Positions 37,644 through 46,471 of a stretch of 64,000 nucleotides of DNA are shown here, piece by piece. The notes under the pieces were generated by a model that was not told where the DNA came from, searched no databases, and worked only from the letters and a program-made list of their open reading frames with translations. The first letter of the stretch is position 1. Each line of letters begins with the position of its first letter. The stretch spans positions 118-64,117 of the forward strand of contig JAFGRT010000022.1 of assembly GCA_016935015.1 (NCBI GenBank), given 5' to 3'. Both the position numbers and the translations under genes were made by a program. Source of the stretch: Acidobacteriota bacterium. Lineage in GTDB: Bacteria > Acidobacteriota > JAAYUB01.

Positions 37644-38987
37644 TTACATCCGCGCCGCAACGGCCTCGCCGAAACCCGAACAGGAGAGCTCCTCCACGTC
37701 GGTGCGCCCTTCCCGGTGCATCAGACGGGCCAGGTCGTAGGTTACTTTTCCGTCCCGGATGGCCGCCGACATTCCCTGGATGATCAATTCGGCCGCTTCA
37801 TTCCAACCGAGATGCTCCAGCATCATGGCCGCCGAAAGGATGATGGATCCCGGATTTACCTTGTCCTGGCCGGTGTATTTGGGAGCGGTTCCGTGCGTTG
37901 CCTCGAAAACGGCGATCTCGTCGCCGATATTGGCTCCGGGTCCCAGCCCCAGCCCACCCACCAGGGCGATGGCCGCGTCCGACAGATAGTCGCCGTTGAG
38001 ATTGGGCAGTGCCAGGACGCTGTATTCATCGGGACGGGTTTGAATCTGCTGGAAAATGGAATCGGCGATTCGATCCCTGACCAGGATCTTGCCAGCCGGC
38101 AGCTGCCCGTCGAGTTCCTCCCACAGCTGTTTTTCGGTGACAATCCGGGCACCGAACTCTTCCCGGGCCACCTCGTAGCCCCACTTGGCGAAGGAACCCT
38201 CGGTGAACTTCATGATGTTTCCCTTGTGGACCAGGGTGACGGATGACAATCCCTGATCGACGGCCCACTGCAGTGCCTTGCGCACCAGCCGTTTGGTGCC
38301 GAAAACCGAAATGGGCTTGACTCCAATCCCGCTGTCGCTACGAATTTCGCGACCGGTCTTCTCCCGGATCAGATCGATGATGGCCAGAGCCACCTCAGAG
38401 CCTTTCTGAAAATCGTGACCGGCGTAGACATCCTCCGTATTTTCACGAAAAATGATGAAATTCACCTTGTCCGCATACTTATTGGGCGCCGGCACTCCCT
38501 CAAAATAACGCACCGGCCGGACACAGGCATACAAGTCCATGGACTGCCGCAGCCCGACATTGATGGAGCGGTAGCGTGGCGAAACGCCGTCGTCCCGACC
38601 GCAATTGTCGCAGCGCCCGGAGTGGTACTGCTGATGGGCGCAGTACAGACAGACATGCGTCTCCTCACCGATCGGCGTGGTGAACGGGCCCTTGATGGCC
38701 ACCTTGAGGTGCTTGATGGCGGCGATGCCTTCATCGGGAAAAACGGTGCCATAGTGATGCAGACCCTCCAATCCGAAATAGAGGGGGCACCAGGCGATGC
38801 TCCGCCGACCGCCGAAGGCTTTGGCCACCGCCTTGTCCACCGTGGCCTGCATCACCGGTGTGATGTCGAGTCCGATACCGTCACCCCGCAGGAAACCGAT
38901 GATGGGATGATCTCCAACCTGCAATTTGCCGTTCGTGACGGTGATCAGGTCGCCCTCCGGTATCTTGACTTCCTTAAAATCAACCAT
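37644..38987 (-). CDS. icd: Isocitrate dehydrogenase (NADP-type, homodimeric family) with Cys4 insertion
   Basis: Aligns by eye along its whole length to recalled E. coli Icd (GDGIG, NLNGDYLSD, FEATHGTAPKY, DKVNPGSIILS). GGGAGG Shine-Dalgarno sequence upstream. An extra CxxC-x9-CxxC segment sits at aa 108-138. Confidence 0.93.
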   Translation of the reverse strand: MVDFKEVKIPEGDLITVTNGKLQVGDHPIIGFLRGDGIGLDITPVMQATVDKAVAKAFGGRRSIAWCPLYFGLEGLHHYGTVFPDEGIAAIKHLKVAIKGPFTTPIGEETHVCLYCAHQQYHSGRCDNCGRDDGVSPRYRSINVGLRQSMDLYACVRPVRYFEGVPAPNKYADKVNFIIFRENTEDVYAGHDFQKGSEVALAIIDLIREKTGREIRSDSGIGVKPISVFGTKRLVRKALQWAVDQGLSSVTLVHKGNIMKFTEGSFAKWGYEVAREEFGARIVTEKQLWEELDGQLPAGKILVRDRIADSIFQQIQTRPDEYSVLALPNLNGDYLSDAAIALVGGLGLGPGANIGDEIAVFEATHGTAPKYTGQDKVNPGSIILSAAMMLEHLGWNEAAELIIQGMSAAIRDGKVTYDLARLMHREGRTDVEELSCSGFGEAVAARM

Positions 38988-39241
38988 GATTACCTCCCAC
39001 AGATAAATGGATTATTTTCATTTCTTACAAAAACCACCGGATCCCGGCGGCGATCCTCGCCTGTTGAACCGGCCCGCCTGATGCGGACGATGAATCTTGC
39101 CGCATGAGACGCACGGCGACGGATCGCGCTTCGACCGGGAACACACCGATTATCATATTGCAAATTTCTCTAAATTCAGATAAAGATTGTAAACGAATTC
39201 TTTGTTTTTACCAGGTGCCCGCCCAGGGAGGAATGGCAATC

Positions 39242-40033
39242 ATGCGATGTATGGCCGTGATACCCGTGCGCTACGCCTCCACGAGGCTCCCCGGCAAACC
39301 CCTGCTGCCCCTGGCTGGCAAACCTGTGATCCAGCACGTCTGGGAAAGAGCCATGTCCTGCCCCGATCTCGACGAGGTCCTGGTGGCGACGGATGATGAG
39401 CGGATCTCCGCGGCGGTCCAGGCTTTCGGCGGCCAGGTCACCATGACTTCGCCCGATCATACCTCCGGCACAGACCGCATCGCCGAAGCCACACTGGAAC
39501 TCGATGCCGACATCGTGGTGAACATCCAGGGTGATGAACCACTGATCGCCCCGCGCACCATCAGTGAAGTGGTGCGACCATTCGCCGTCAAGGAAGAAAT
39601 CGGCGTCACCACGGCCTGCACCGCCATCACCAGCCTGGACGAGTTGATGAATCCCAACTGCGTCAAAGTCGTTGTCGATTATGAAGGCTACGCCATTTAT
39701 TTTTCGCGGCTGCCTGTCCCCTTCTGCCGGATACCCGGCGGCACTCTGGACAATTACCGGGCCCAGCTGGCACGCAATCCGCTCTTGCTGAAGCAATTCA
39801 ACAAACACGTCGGTATCTACGCCTATCGCAAGAATTTCCTGCAGATTTTCGTCAACCTGCCGGTCTCTTTTCTTGAAAAGATGGAAAAGCTCGAACAGCT
39901 GCGATTCATCGAATACGGCTACCGGATCAAAGTGGTGGAAGTGCATGACAGCCCTCCCGGCATCGATACCCGGGAAGACTATGAGATCATCCGGCACATG
40001 CTGGAGGGGAGCGCGGCGGCGGATCGTCAGTAG
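39242..40033 (+). CDS. kdsB: 3-deoxy-manno-octulosonate cytidylyltransferase
   Basis: AVIPVRYASTRLPGKPL and VNIQGDEPLI motifs. ATG 39242 lies 10 nt after GGGAGGA. The 3' end overlaps convergent lepB by 7 nt. Confidence 0.9.
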   Translation: MRCMAVIPVRYASTRLPGKPLLPLAGKPVIQHVWERAMSCPDLDEVLVATDDERISAAVQAFGGQVTMTSPDHTSGTDRIAEATLELDADIVVNIQGDEPLIAPRTISEVVRPFAVKEEIGVTTACTAITSLDELMNPNCVKVVVDYEGYAIYFSRLPVPFCRIPGGTLDNYRAQLARNPLLLKQFNKHVGIYAYRKNFLQIFVNLPVSFLEKMEKLEQLRFIEYGYRIKVVEVHDSPPGIDTREDYEIIRHMLEGSAAADRQ

Positions 40034-40575
40034 ACCAACCCGATATCGTTCAACGGCCAATACTTCAACACGGCCTTGCCGTAAATGAAGCGACGGTGCA
40101 ACGCTCCCCAGTGCCGACTGTCGTTGCTGACACTGCGGTGGTCACCCATGACGAAAAAATGATCTTCCGGCACCCGGATCGGGCCGAGGCTGTGGCGGCT
40201 CTGAAAGTCCGGCGGGATGTAAGGTTCGGCCAGCAACCGGTCGTTGATGTAGACCCGCCCTTGTTCGATGGCCAGAGTTTCTCCGGGCAAGGCGACCACC
40301 CGCTTGATAAACGATTTGCGCACATCGCCCGGAAAGGAGAAGACCACCACATCCCCCCGCTCGATTTCAAAAACCCGGTAGCTGAATTTGTTGATGAACA
40401 CCCGCTCCTGATCGCCCAACTCCGGTTCCATGCTGGTACCTTCCACCCGAACCGGCTGGACAAGAAACGCCACCACAAACAACAGAATACCCAGTGCCAG
40501 TAGCAGGTTGCGCGAAAAATCACCCATCAGATCCAGAAATTGCCTGATCCGACGGTTTTCGGTATGTTCAAACAT
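40027..40575 (-). CDS. lepB: Signal peptidase I
   Basis: VEGTSMEPEL (catalytic Ser box), KRVVALPGE and GDHRSVSNDSRHWG motifs. Start at ATG 40575. Confidence 0.9.
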   Translation of the reverse strand: MFEHTENRRIRQFLDLMGDFSRNLLLALGILLFVVAFLVQPVRVEGTSMEPELGDQERVFINKFSYRVFEIERGDVVVFSFPGDVRKSFIKRVVALPGETLAIEQGRVYINDRLLAEPYIPPDFQSRHSLGPIRVPEDHFFVMGDHRSVSNDSRHWGALHRRFIYGKAVLKYWPLNDIGLVY

Positions 40576-40600
40576 AGTCTTCCGATCCAGGCCGGATGGT

Positions 40601-42382
40601 TTATTCTTCCAGCGCGAAAATCTCCTCCAGATTCCAGCACATGGTGGCACAACGATGACTTAACCGGATGTTCCGGATTTTACCCTTGGCCCCGAAAAGT
40701 CCGTGGGGCTTGACCAGGGTGATCATAAAATTGCTCTGATCCATCAATTGCTGAATACGGCGAGCGGCCTCGAACTTGGCACCGGGCTCCCCATGGAGGA
40801 AGATCCGATCCAGCACCGTGTTGATCTCCCGTTCGGCATCCGTCTCGGCCACATCCTGCTGGGTGTACCAGTAATGGCGGATACTGGATGAATGCATGAT
40901 CTCTTTCATGAAAAAAGGGTGCAGCGGATCAAGGAGAGTCATTACCACCATCTGGTAATTGGGCCGGGCAGAAAACAGATCCTTGTAGAAGAACTCATAG
41001 GGCAGGGACAGAACCGTGGCGCGGATACCCAGATTGGCGAGATCGGTCTCCACCCGGTTCGCCACTTTCTCGGCGGCGGTGTCGCCGGAAAGAACGGCAA
41101 TGGAGAAACTGACCTGATCATTGTTGCGTCCATAGGTGGCCGGTGAGCCGCCGCCGCGGTTATAGGTGAAATTGATTTCCCGCAGCTGCTGGAGCGCGGC
41201 ACCGGTACTGAGCTGGGTGAAGGGTGTCTCGAAATACCAGAGAGATTCCTGGGGGGAGATAATACTGCCGGCCGCAACTGCCTGGTTCATATAAACTTCT
41301 GAAACAAGGGCTCCCCGGTCGATCACACCGGCCACCGCCTGTCGAAAGACCGGCTCGGCGAAGAGATTGAACTGCCAGCGCTCAATGTTGGGCTGATCCG
41401 TCTGCGGATCCGTCCGGCGGCTGAGGTTGAACCAGGCGACGACTGTTGAACAGGAAGGCCCAACATCCTGGATATTGATACCGCGTACATTGGCCAATCG
41501 TTCCGAATCTTCCGGCGGGATAAAATCGATCAAATCCGTTTCGCCGGTTCTGAATTTCATGGATATTTCGGTGGAAGTATTGGCGAAACTGATGACCACT
41601 TCACGGGCATAAGGCAGGTTCTGCCCGGCTGGATCCACCGCCCAGAAGTTCGGATTGCGCTGCAGGAGCACCCGGTTCTCGTCCGGCGCAAACCGCTGGA
41701 TCATGAAGGGGCCGATGCTGGGCAATTCTTCCGGTGGAGACCGTAATTCATACAATGACGATAAACGATTCTGGCTGCGGGCTTCCTGAATCAACTCATG
41801 GGGCAGCGCCGGGATGCGGGCCAGGATGGGTTCGATGGCGGCTGTACTGTCCGGCAGAGTGAACTGCAGGGTGTTGTCGTCGATTTTACTATAGCCGATG
41901 GTGCCACCGGCGAATTGCAGAAACACCCGCAGCGGCGAAGGCTCCGGGGCTGACTGGAGGATAAGATTGAGTGTTTCAACCACATCATCCGCCGTGAACG
42001 GCCGCCCGTCACTGAACACGATATTGCGCCGCAGATGAATCGTGAAGATCTTGCTCTCGCTACCCCGGTCATACCCGCTGGCCAGCCAGGGATCGAATGT
42101 GTTCTTTACCGGGTCGAACCGGTACAGGGTGGCGGTGAGTTGCGCCGAGATCAGGCGGGAAACGTCATCCAGCGCCATCACCGGATTAAAGGTCAGCGGC
42201 GGATGCAATACCGCCATTTTCAGCAGGGGGGTGGCCACGCCGACCTCGCAATCCAGAATCCTGAACTCCGGCTTTTCCTCCGTTTTGATGAGCGGCATGT
42301 CCTCGACATACCCGCAGGAGACCACAAGCAAGGAAACCAGCGCGATGATGAGAACCGCTAGCAAGGATATTTTTTTGTTCAT
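40601..42382 (-). CDS. ABC-transporter substrate-binding protein, family 5 (peptide/nickel type), lipoprotein
   Basis: 593 aa. Lipobox LLVVSCG. Size and pattern fit the OppA/DppA family by eye. No cognate permease or ATPase genes are adjacent. Confidence 0.7.
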   Translation of the reverse strand: MNKKISLLAVLIIALVSLLVVSCGYVEDMPLIKTEEKPEFRILDCEVGVATPLLKMAVLHPPLTFNPVMALDDVSRLISAQLTATLYRFDPVKNTFDPWLASGYDRGSESKIFTIHLRRNIVFSDGRPFTADDVVETLNLILQSAPEPSPLRVFLQFAGGTIGYSKIDDNTLQFTLPDSTAAIEPILARIPALPHELIQEARSQNRLSSLYELRSPPEELPSIGPFMIQRFAPDENRVLLQRNPNFWAVDPAGQNLPYAREVVISFANTSTEISMKFRTGETDLIDFIPPEDSERLANVRGINIQDVGPSCSTVVAWFNLSRRTDPQTDQPNIERWQFNLFAEPVFRQAVAGVIDRGALVSEVYMNQAVAAGSIISPQESLWYFETPFTQLSTGAALQQLREINFTYNRGGGSPATYGRNNDQVSFSIAVLSGDTAAEKVANRVETDLANLGIRATVLSLPYEFFYKDLFSARPNYQMVVMTLLDPLHPFFMKEIMHSSSIRHYWYTQQDVAETDAEREINTVLDRIFLHGEPGAKFEAARRIQQLMDQSNFMITLVKPHGLFGAKGKIRNIRLSHRCATMCWNLEEIFALEE

Positions 42383-42424
42383 GCGCCCCTCTTCGGCCCG
42401 AATTTGTCAGCAAGTTACTTCAAA

Positions 42425-42454
42425 TATATAGCATATCGGCACAATTCATCTCAA
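42425..42454 (-). promoter_or_regulatory. Candidate promoter for the family-5 SBP gene (extended -10)
   Basis: Minus strand reads TTGAGA, an 18-nt spacer that ends in the TGn of the extended -10, then TATATA. It lies about 40 nt upstream of ATG 42382. Confidence 0.3.
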
Positions 42455-42574
42455 CATCTAATCCCCATTCATGGGAAAAAGGGGAACAATGGCCGACGCG
42501 GCCGGTCTTCTCCGTCATCCGCCATTGGGCGCAGAGACGACATGGCGAAGAAATTCCTGACCGGAATACCGCCG

Positions 42575-43249
42575 TCAGGAAATGTACTCGACGTCCCGGG
42601 GAAACTTGATTTCAAAGTTCTTGTCTTTGATTTTCTTGTTTATTTTGACCTTGAAGAACTGGATGATGGTCCGATCGCCGTTGAGCTCCTCGATGCGTTG
42701 CTGCATCGGAATGCCGGTATCGGCGTCGACCCAGAGAATGAGCTTGCTGAAGTAATCCTTGATTTTGGGATTGGTGGGCAATAGCTCGATGATATGGAAG
42801 ATCTGTTCCTCGATCACTTCATCTTTCACGAACGAAATATCAAAATTCTTCTTCAGCTCTTCGCTCGATGTACCGATGCCCACACCGGCATAGCGATCTC
42901 GATGATTTTCCAGAGAGCGCCGCAGCGCCTGGTTCTTCTTGGGGTAGTAAATGATGATTTCGTCAGGCGAAACCACCAGGATGGTGTTGCCCGGCTCCTC
43001 GATCTCCTTGCGTAGGAGAAATCCGCCCGGAATTTTTTTAAACAGGATCTTGCCCTTTTCCGGCTCATCCATCTCCTGCAACAGTTTGATCCATTTGGTC
43101 TGGATAAGCTCCGCCTGGAATGTCTGGACTTCGGAATTGAGGTGGTCCAGTTTGTCCAGAACGCGTTTCAGTTTGGAATTGTCTGCCGCCAGCCACATAC
43201 CGGGCAGACAGATCAGAATGATCACGATGGATGGAATTATCTTTTTCAT
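42575..43249 (-). CDS. LolA-family periplasmic carrier-like protein
   Basis: Signal peptide. LKRVLDKLDHLNSEVQTFQAELIQTK, GKILFKKIPGGF...LVVSPDEIIIYYPKKNQ and FEIKFPRDVEYI track recalled E. coli LolA motifs. Confidence 0.8.
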   Translation of the reverse strand: MKKIIPSIVIILICLPGMWLAADNSKLKRVLDKLDHLNSEVQTFQAELIQTKWIKLLQEMDEPEKGKILFKKIPGGFLLRKEIEEPGNTILVVSPDEIIIYYPKKNQALRRSLENHRDRYAGVGIGTSSEELKKNFDISFVKDEVIEEQIFHIIELLPTNPKIKDYFSKLILWVDADTGIPMQQRIEELNGDRTIIQFFKVKINKKIKDKNFEIKFPRDVEYIS

Positions 43250-43270
43250 GAAAAATCCTTGTTGTACCGA

Positions 43271-43474
43271 TCAGTTGTCGGCGTCGGTCATTTCGCCCGT
43301 CGTCAGGGCGGCCGTTTGCTCGATATGCGTCTGCGGGATGGTTTTGCGGACGCAGCTGTGGGGCGTCAGGAAGATGAACAGCAAGATCAGGATAACAATC
43401 ACATCGTATGCCAGGGATCCCCGTTCATGGGTCCACAGGAAAATTTGGCCGAGTCTCCGGGTAAACTTGCTCAT
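43271..43474 (-). CDS. Small single-TM protein (67 aa), unknown function
   Basis: MSKFTRRLGQIFLW...YDVIVILILLFIFLTP. Sits between the ABC ATPase and LolA-like genes with gaps of about 21 nt. Start is uncertain. Confidence 0.45.
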   Translation of the reverse strand: MSKFTRRLGQIFLWTHERGSLAYDVIVILILLFIFLTPHSCVRKTIPQTHIEQTAALTTGEMTDADN

Positions 43475-43496
43475 GGCAATCCAACCCCGCGTTCGT

Positions 43497-44213
43497 TTAT
43501 AGGGTGAAAACGCCTTCGTGCTCGACATGGAAGTCGGCGTGTTTGGGCACGATCTTCCCGTCGAGCATCTCGATGATGCGATGCGTGTATGTCGCCGTGG
43601 TGGGCTCGTGGGTGATCACGACGATGGTCTGGTTGTATTTGAGATTGAGATCCCGCAACATCCGCATGACGATGTGGGAGTTGACGGAGTCCAGGTTGCC
43701 GGTGGGCTCGTCGGCCAGCAGGAGACTGGGGCGATTGATCACCGCCCGGGCCAGGGCGACCCGTTGCTGCTCCCCGCCGGAAAGCTCCAGCGGTTTGTGA
43801 TCCATTTTGCCCTTGAGGCCCAGCATCTCCAGAATCTCGTCCACGGTGGTCGCGTCAGCGCCGTGGTTCCCGTGGATTTTGCGCGCCAGTTCGATATTGT
43901 CCTTGGCGCTGATGGTGGGGAAGAGATTAAACCGCTGGAACACGAATCCGATCTTCTTGCGCCGAACTTCGGTGCGCCGCCGGTCGCCGCTGCTGGCGAT
44001 ATTGATGCCGTCGATGATGATGTCCCCGGACGTCGGGCTCAACAAGCCGCCCAGCAGATGCAGCAGCGTTGATTTCCCGCAACCAGACGGCCCCATAATG
44101 GCCACGAATTCGCCCTTCTTCACCTGGAAATTCACACCGCGCAGGGCCGGGACATCCACTTTGCCCACCCGGTAAACCTTGGTCAGATCTCTGGTTTCAA
44201 CGATAAATCGCAT
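43497..44213 (-). CDS. ABC transporter ATP-binding protein (MacB/LolD/FtsE-like)
   Basis: [25 protein letters not shown] and [12 protein letters not shown] motifs. Start at ATG 44213 ([14 protein letters not shown]). Confidence 0.9.
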   Translation of the reverse strand: MRFIVETRDLTKVYRVGKVDVPALRGVNFQVKKGEFVAIMGPSGCGKSTLLHLLGGLLSPTSGDIIIDGINIASSGDRRRTEVRRKKIGFVFQRFNLFPTISAKDNIELARKIHGNHGADATTVDEILEMLGLKGKMDHKPLELSGGEQQRVALARAVINRPSLLLADEPTGNLDSVNSHIVMRMLRDLNLKYNQTIVVITHEPTTATYTHRIIEMLDGKIVPKHADFHVEHEGVFTL

Positions 44214-44303
44214 CTCTCGCGTGCACTCACTTCTACAATTTCGACGGTTTAGTATAAAACCTTTGCCGGTGCGGATCAAGGAATAAGGGACCGGGACAGA
44301 TTC

Positions 44304-45404
44304 CTACTCGTACATCAAGGCCTCGACCGGATCCTGTTGGGCGGCCCGAAAAGCGGGATAGAACGACCCCAACGCCCCGCTGACCAGCGCGATGAGGGCC
44401 ACATAACCCATCACGTCCAGCTTCAGCAGGATGGGCAGGGAAGGATACAGCCGGGTCAGGATTTCGGTGGCGGCCATGGAAAGCACCAACCCCAACCCGA
44501 CGCCGATGGATGTCAGCAGCAGCGATTCACGCAGGATGAGGGAAACGATGAACAGTTTGGTGGCTCCCAGGGACTTGAGAATGCCGATCTCACGGGTTCT
44601 CTCGGTGATGGTGGTGTACATGGTCAGCAGGATCACCAGAAAGCTGATGAGGACAGCCACGACGACGATGGCGGCGGTGAACTCCTGCAGACCGGGCAAA
44701 TTGGAGGACATGACCATCTCAATATCCGAGCCCTTGGTCGTGTTGTAGCCCTTGAACAGCTCATTGGTGGTCAGGAAGCGATAGACGTCGTCCACCCGAT
44801 CCTTGTTCTCGCAACGGATATAGAAAATACTGGCCTTGTTGCGGGAATCATTGAGTTCCTGCAGTGTTTCCAGGGGAACCAAGATTCGTGAGCCTATACC
44901 CGACTTGAAGATGCCTACAATCATGAAAGCATGATTTAGAATATCGAGGGTCTGCCCCACCTGAACCTTGTTGCTCTCGGCGTAAATGTCGTCGACCACG
45001 CATTCGTAAGGATCATCGAACAGACGACCCTGCATGATGATCAGACCGTTCTGGCTGACCTCGTTGAACGAGACGGGATCGATGCCGAACACCAGGGAGA
45101 ATTTCTTCTTGCTGAACTGGTGGAGCATGGGGGAGACGTGCTTGATACCGTCCACCTCCATGAGTTTTTCCTGGATGCGCACCGGCATGGTGGCATTGTT
45201 CAGGGCGAAAAGAAGGGACGAGCCGGACGGCTGGAACAGGATATCGGCCTTGACGTTCTGAAGACGATCGGACGCATCCTTGAGCATACCCTGGGACATG
45301 CCCACGAACAGAACGATCATGACAACTCCGACACTGACGGCCAGAATGCTGACAATCGTGCGGGTCGGACGCTTCTTGATATTGGAGACGATTAAACCGG
45401 CCAA
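44304..45404 (-). CDS. FtsX/MacB-type (type VII) ABC permease with periplasmic domain
   Basis: 366 aa. TM1, a periplasmic domain of about 190 aa, then three TM segments. Ends DPVEALMYE. Confidence 0.85.
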   Translation of the reverse strand: MAGLIVSNIKKRPTRTIVSILAVSVGVVMIVLFVGMSQGMLKDASDRLQNVKADILFQPSGSSLLFALNNATMPVRIQEKLMEVDGIKHVSPMLHQFSKKKFSLVFGIDPVSFNEVSQNGLIIMQGRLFDDPYECVVDDIYAESNKVQVGQTLDILNHAFMIVGIFKSGIGSRILVPLETLQELNDSRNKASIFYIRCENKDRVDDVYRFLTTNELFKGYNTTKGSDIEMVMSSNLPGLQEFTAAIVVVAVLISFLVILLTMYTTITERTREIGILKSLGATKLFIVSLILRESLLLTSIGVGLGLVLSMAATEILTRLYPSLPILLKLDVMGYVALIALVSGALGSFYPAFRAAQQDPVEALMYE

Positions 45405-45407
45405 ACG

Positions 45408-46325
45408 CTACCTCGAATTTTCTTGACTCAATTCCACAATTTTCGCTGACTCCGGGACGGTCATGTGAAACATCTCGTCGTTGAGTTCCGCATCCGCATC
45501 CACCCGATCCAGCCGGAACTGGATTCGGTAGCCCTCGATGGGCCGGTAGAGAAAAATCTCCTGGGGAAAAGACCGACCGGAGGTTGTCGGTGGATACCAG
45601 TAGATCACCTGGCTGATGGTGACGCCTTCCTCGTTGTAGATGAATTTCTTGCGAATATTCAGGGTGGAACGCTCCAACCATATTTTTTGCCGCAGGACAG
45701 GATAGCCGCCCTCGGTCCGACCGATCTCGTGTAGCACATAATAGCGTTCCTGGGGCGAGTCCTCCTCGATGACGACGAAATCGGACGGGTTCACGCCCAG
45801 CGGAGAATGAAAAAAAGTGGTGGTAATGTGCCAGGGCCTCAGTTTTGCCAGATTCTGGCGGGGTTCGGCGTCACTCTCCACCCCATCGTTCGTTTCATTG
45901 AGCGGCACTTTCAGCAGATCATCACCGATTTTCCCTTTGTACAGGGTTTTCTTTTTGGGGAACCAGATCTCGAACAGACCCTCTCGGGCGGCGACATCCG
46001 CCATGGTGGTCTTGATAAGCGGGGCAAACACCTGCAGCCGGAGATCGCCGTTCCGGCGTAGCGCAAGAACCCCCGAAACCGTGGGTAATTTTTCCCTCTT
46101 CATCCGGATCAGGGACTCACCCGAAAACGTCATGGACGCTTTCTTGATCAGGACGGACTGATGACGGGAAAACAGCTCCTGAAACTGCGCGAGGATCTCA
46201 TCCCGGCTCAATTCTTTGGCATCTTCATACCGCTGGCCCACGGAGATTTTTTCCTTCTTGACACCGCACGCCAGGGCCAGCAAGACCAGCAGGGCAGTTG
46301 CGACGAGAACCAGTTTTCGGGACAT
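45408..46325 (-). CDS. Lipoprotein with LolA/LolB-superfamily-like sequence pattern
   Basis: Lipobox LLALACG. GVLALRRNGDLRLQVFAPL...LFEIWFP...MFHMTVPESAKIVEL resembles LolB/DUF4292-type proteins by eye. The functional assignment is inferred. Confidence 0.6.
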   Translation of the reverse strand: MSRKLVLVATALLVLLALACGVKKEKISVGQRYEDAKELSRDEILAQFQELFSRHQSVLIKKASMTFSGESLIRMKREKLPTVSGVLALRRNGDLRLQVFAPLIKTTMADVAAREGLFEIWFPKKKTLYKGKIGDDLLKVPLNETNDGVESDAEPRQNLAKLRPWHITTTFFHSPLGVNPSDFVVIEEDSPQERYYVLHEIGRTEGGYPVLRQKIWLERSTLNIRKKFIYNEEGVTISQVIYWYPPTTSGRSFPQEIFLYRPIEGYRIQFRLDRVDADAELNDEMFHMTVPESAKIVELSQENSR

Positions 46326-46471
46326 GGATTACTCTCACAATCGAGGCCGGGCCTCCGGAAAATCGAAGAAACTCTAACAAAACTACCCAATTGTGTCAAG
46401 AATAACTGCTGTTTTTTGCTTTTTGATCTGTTACAATATTTTTTCCATATTCCAAAAAATGGTCGAGGGGA

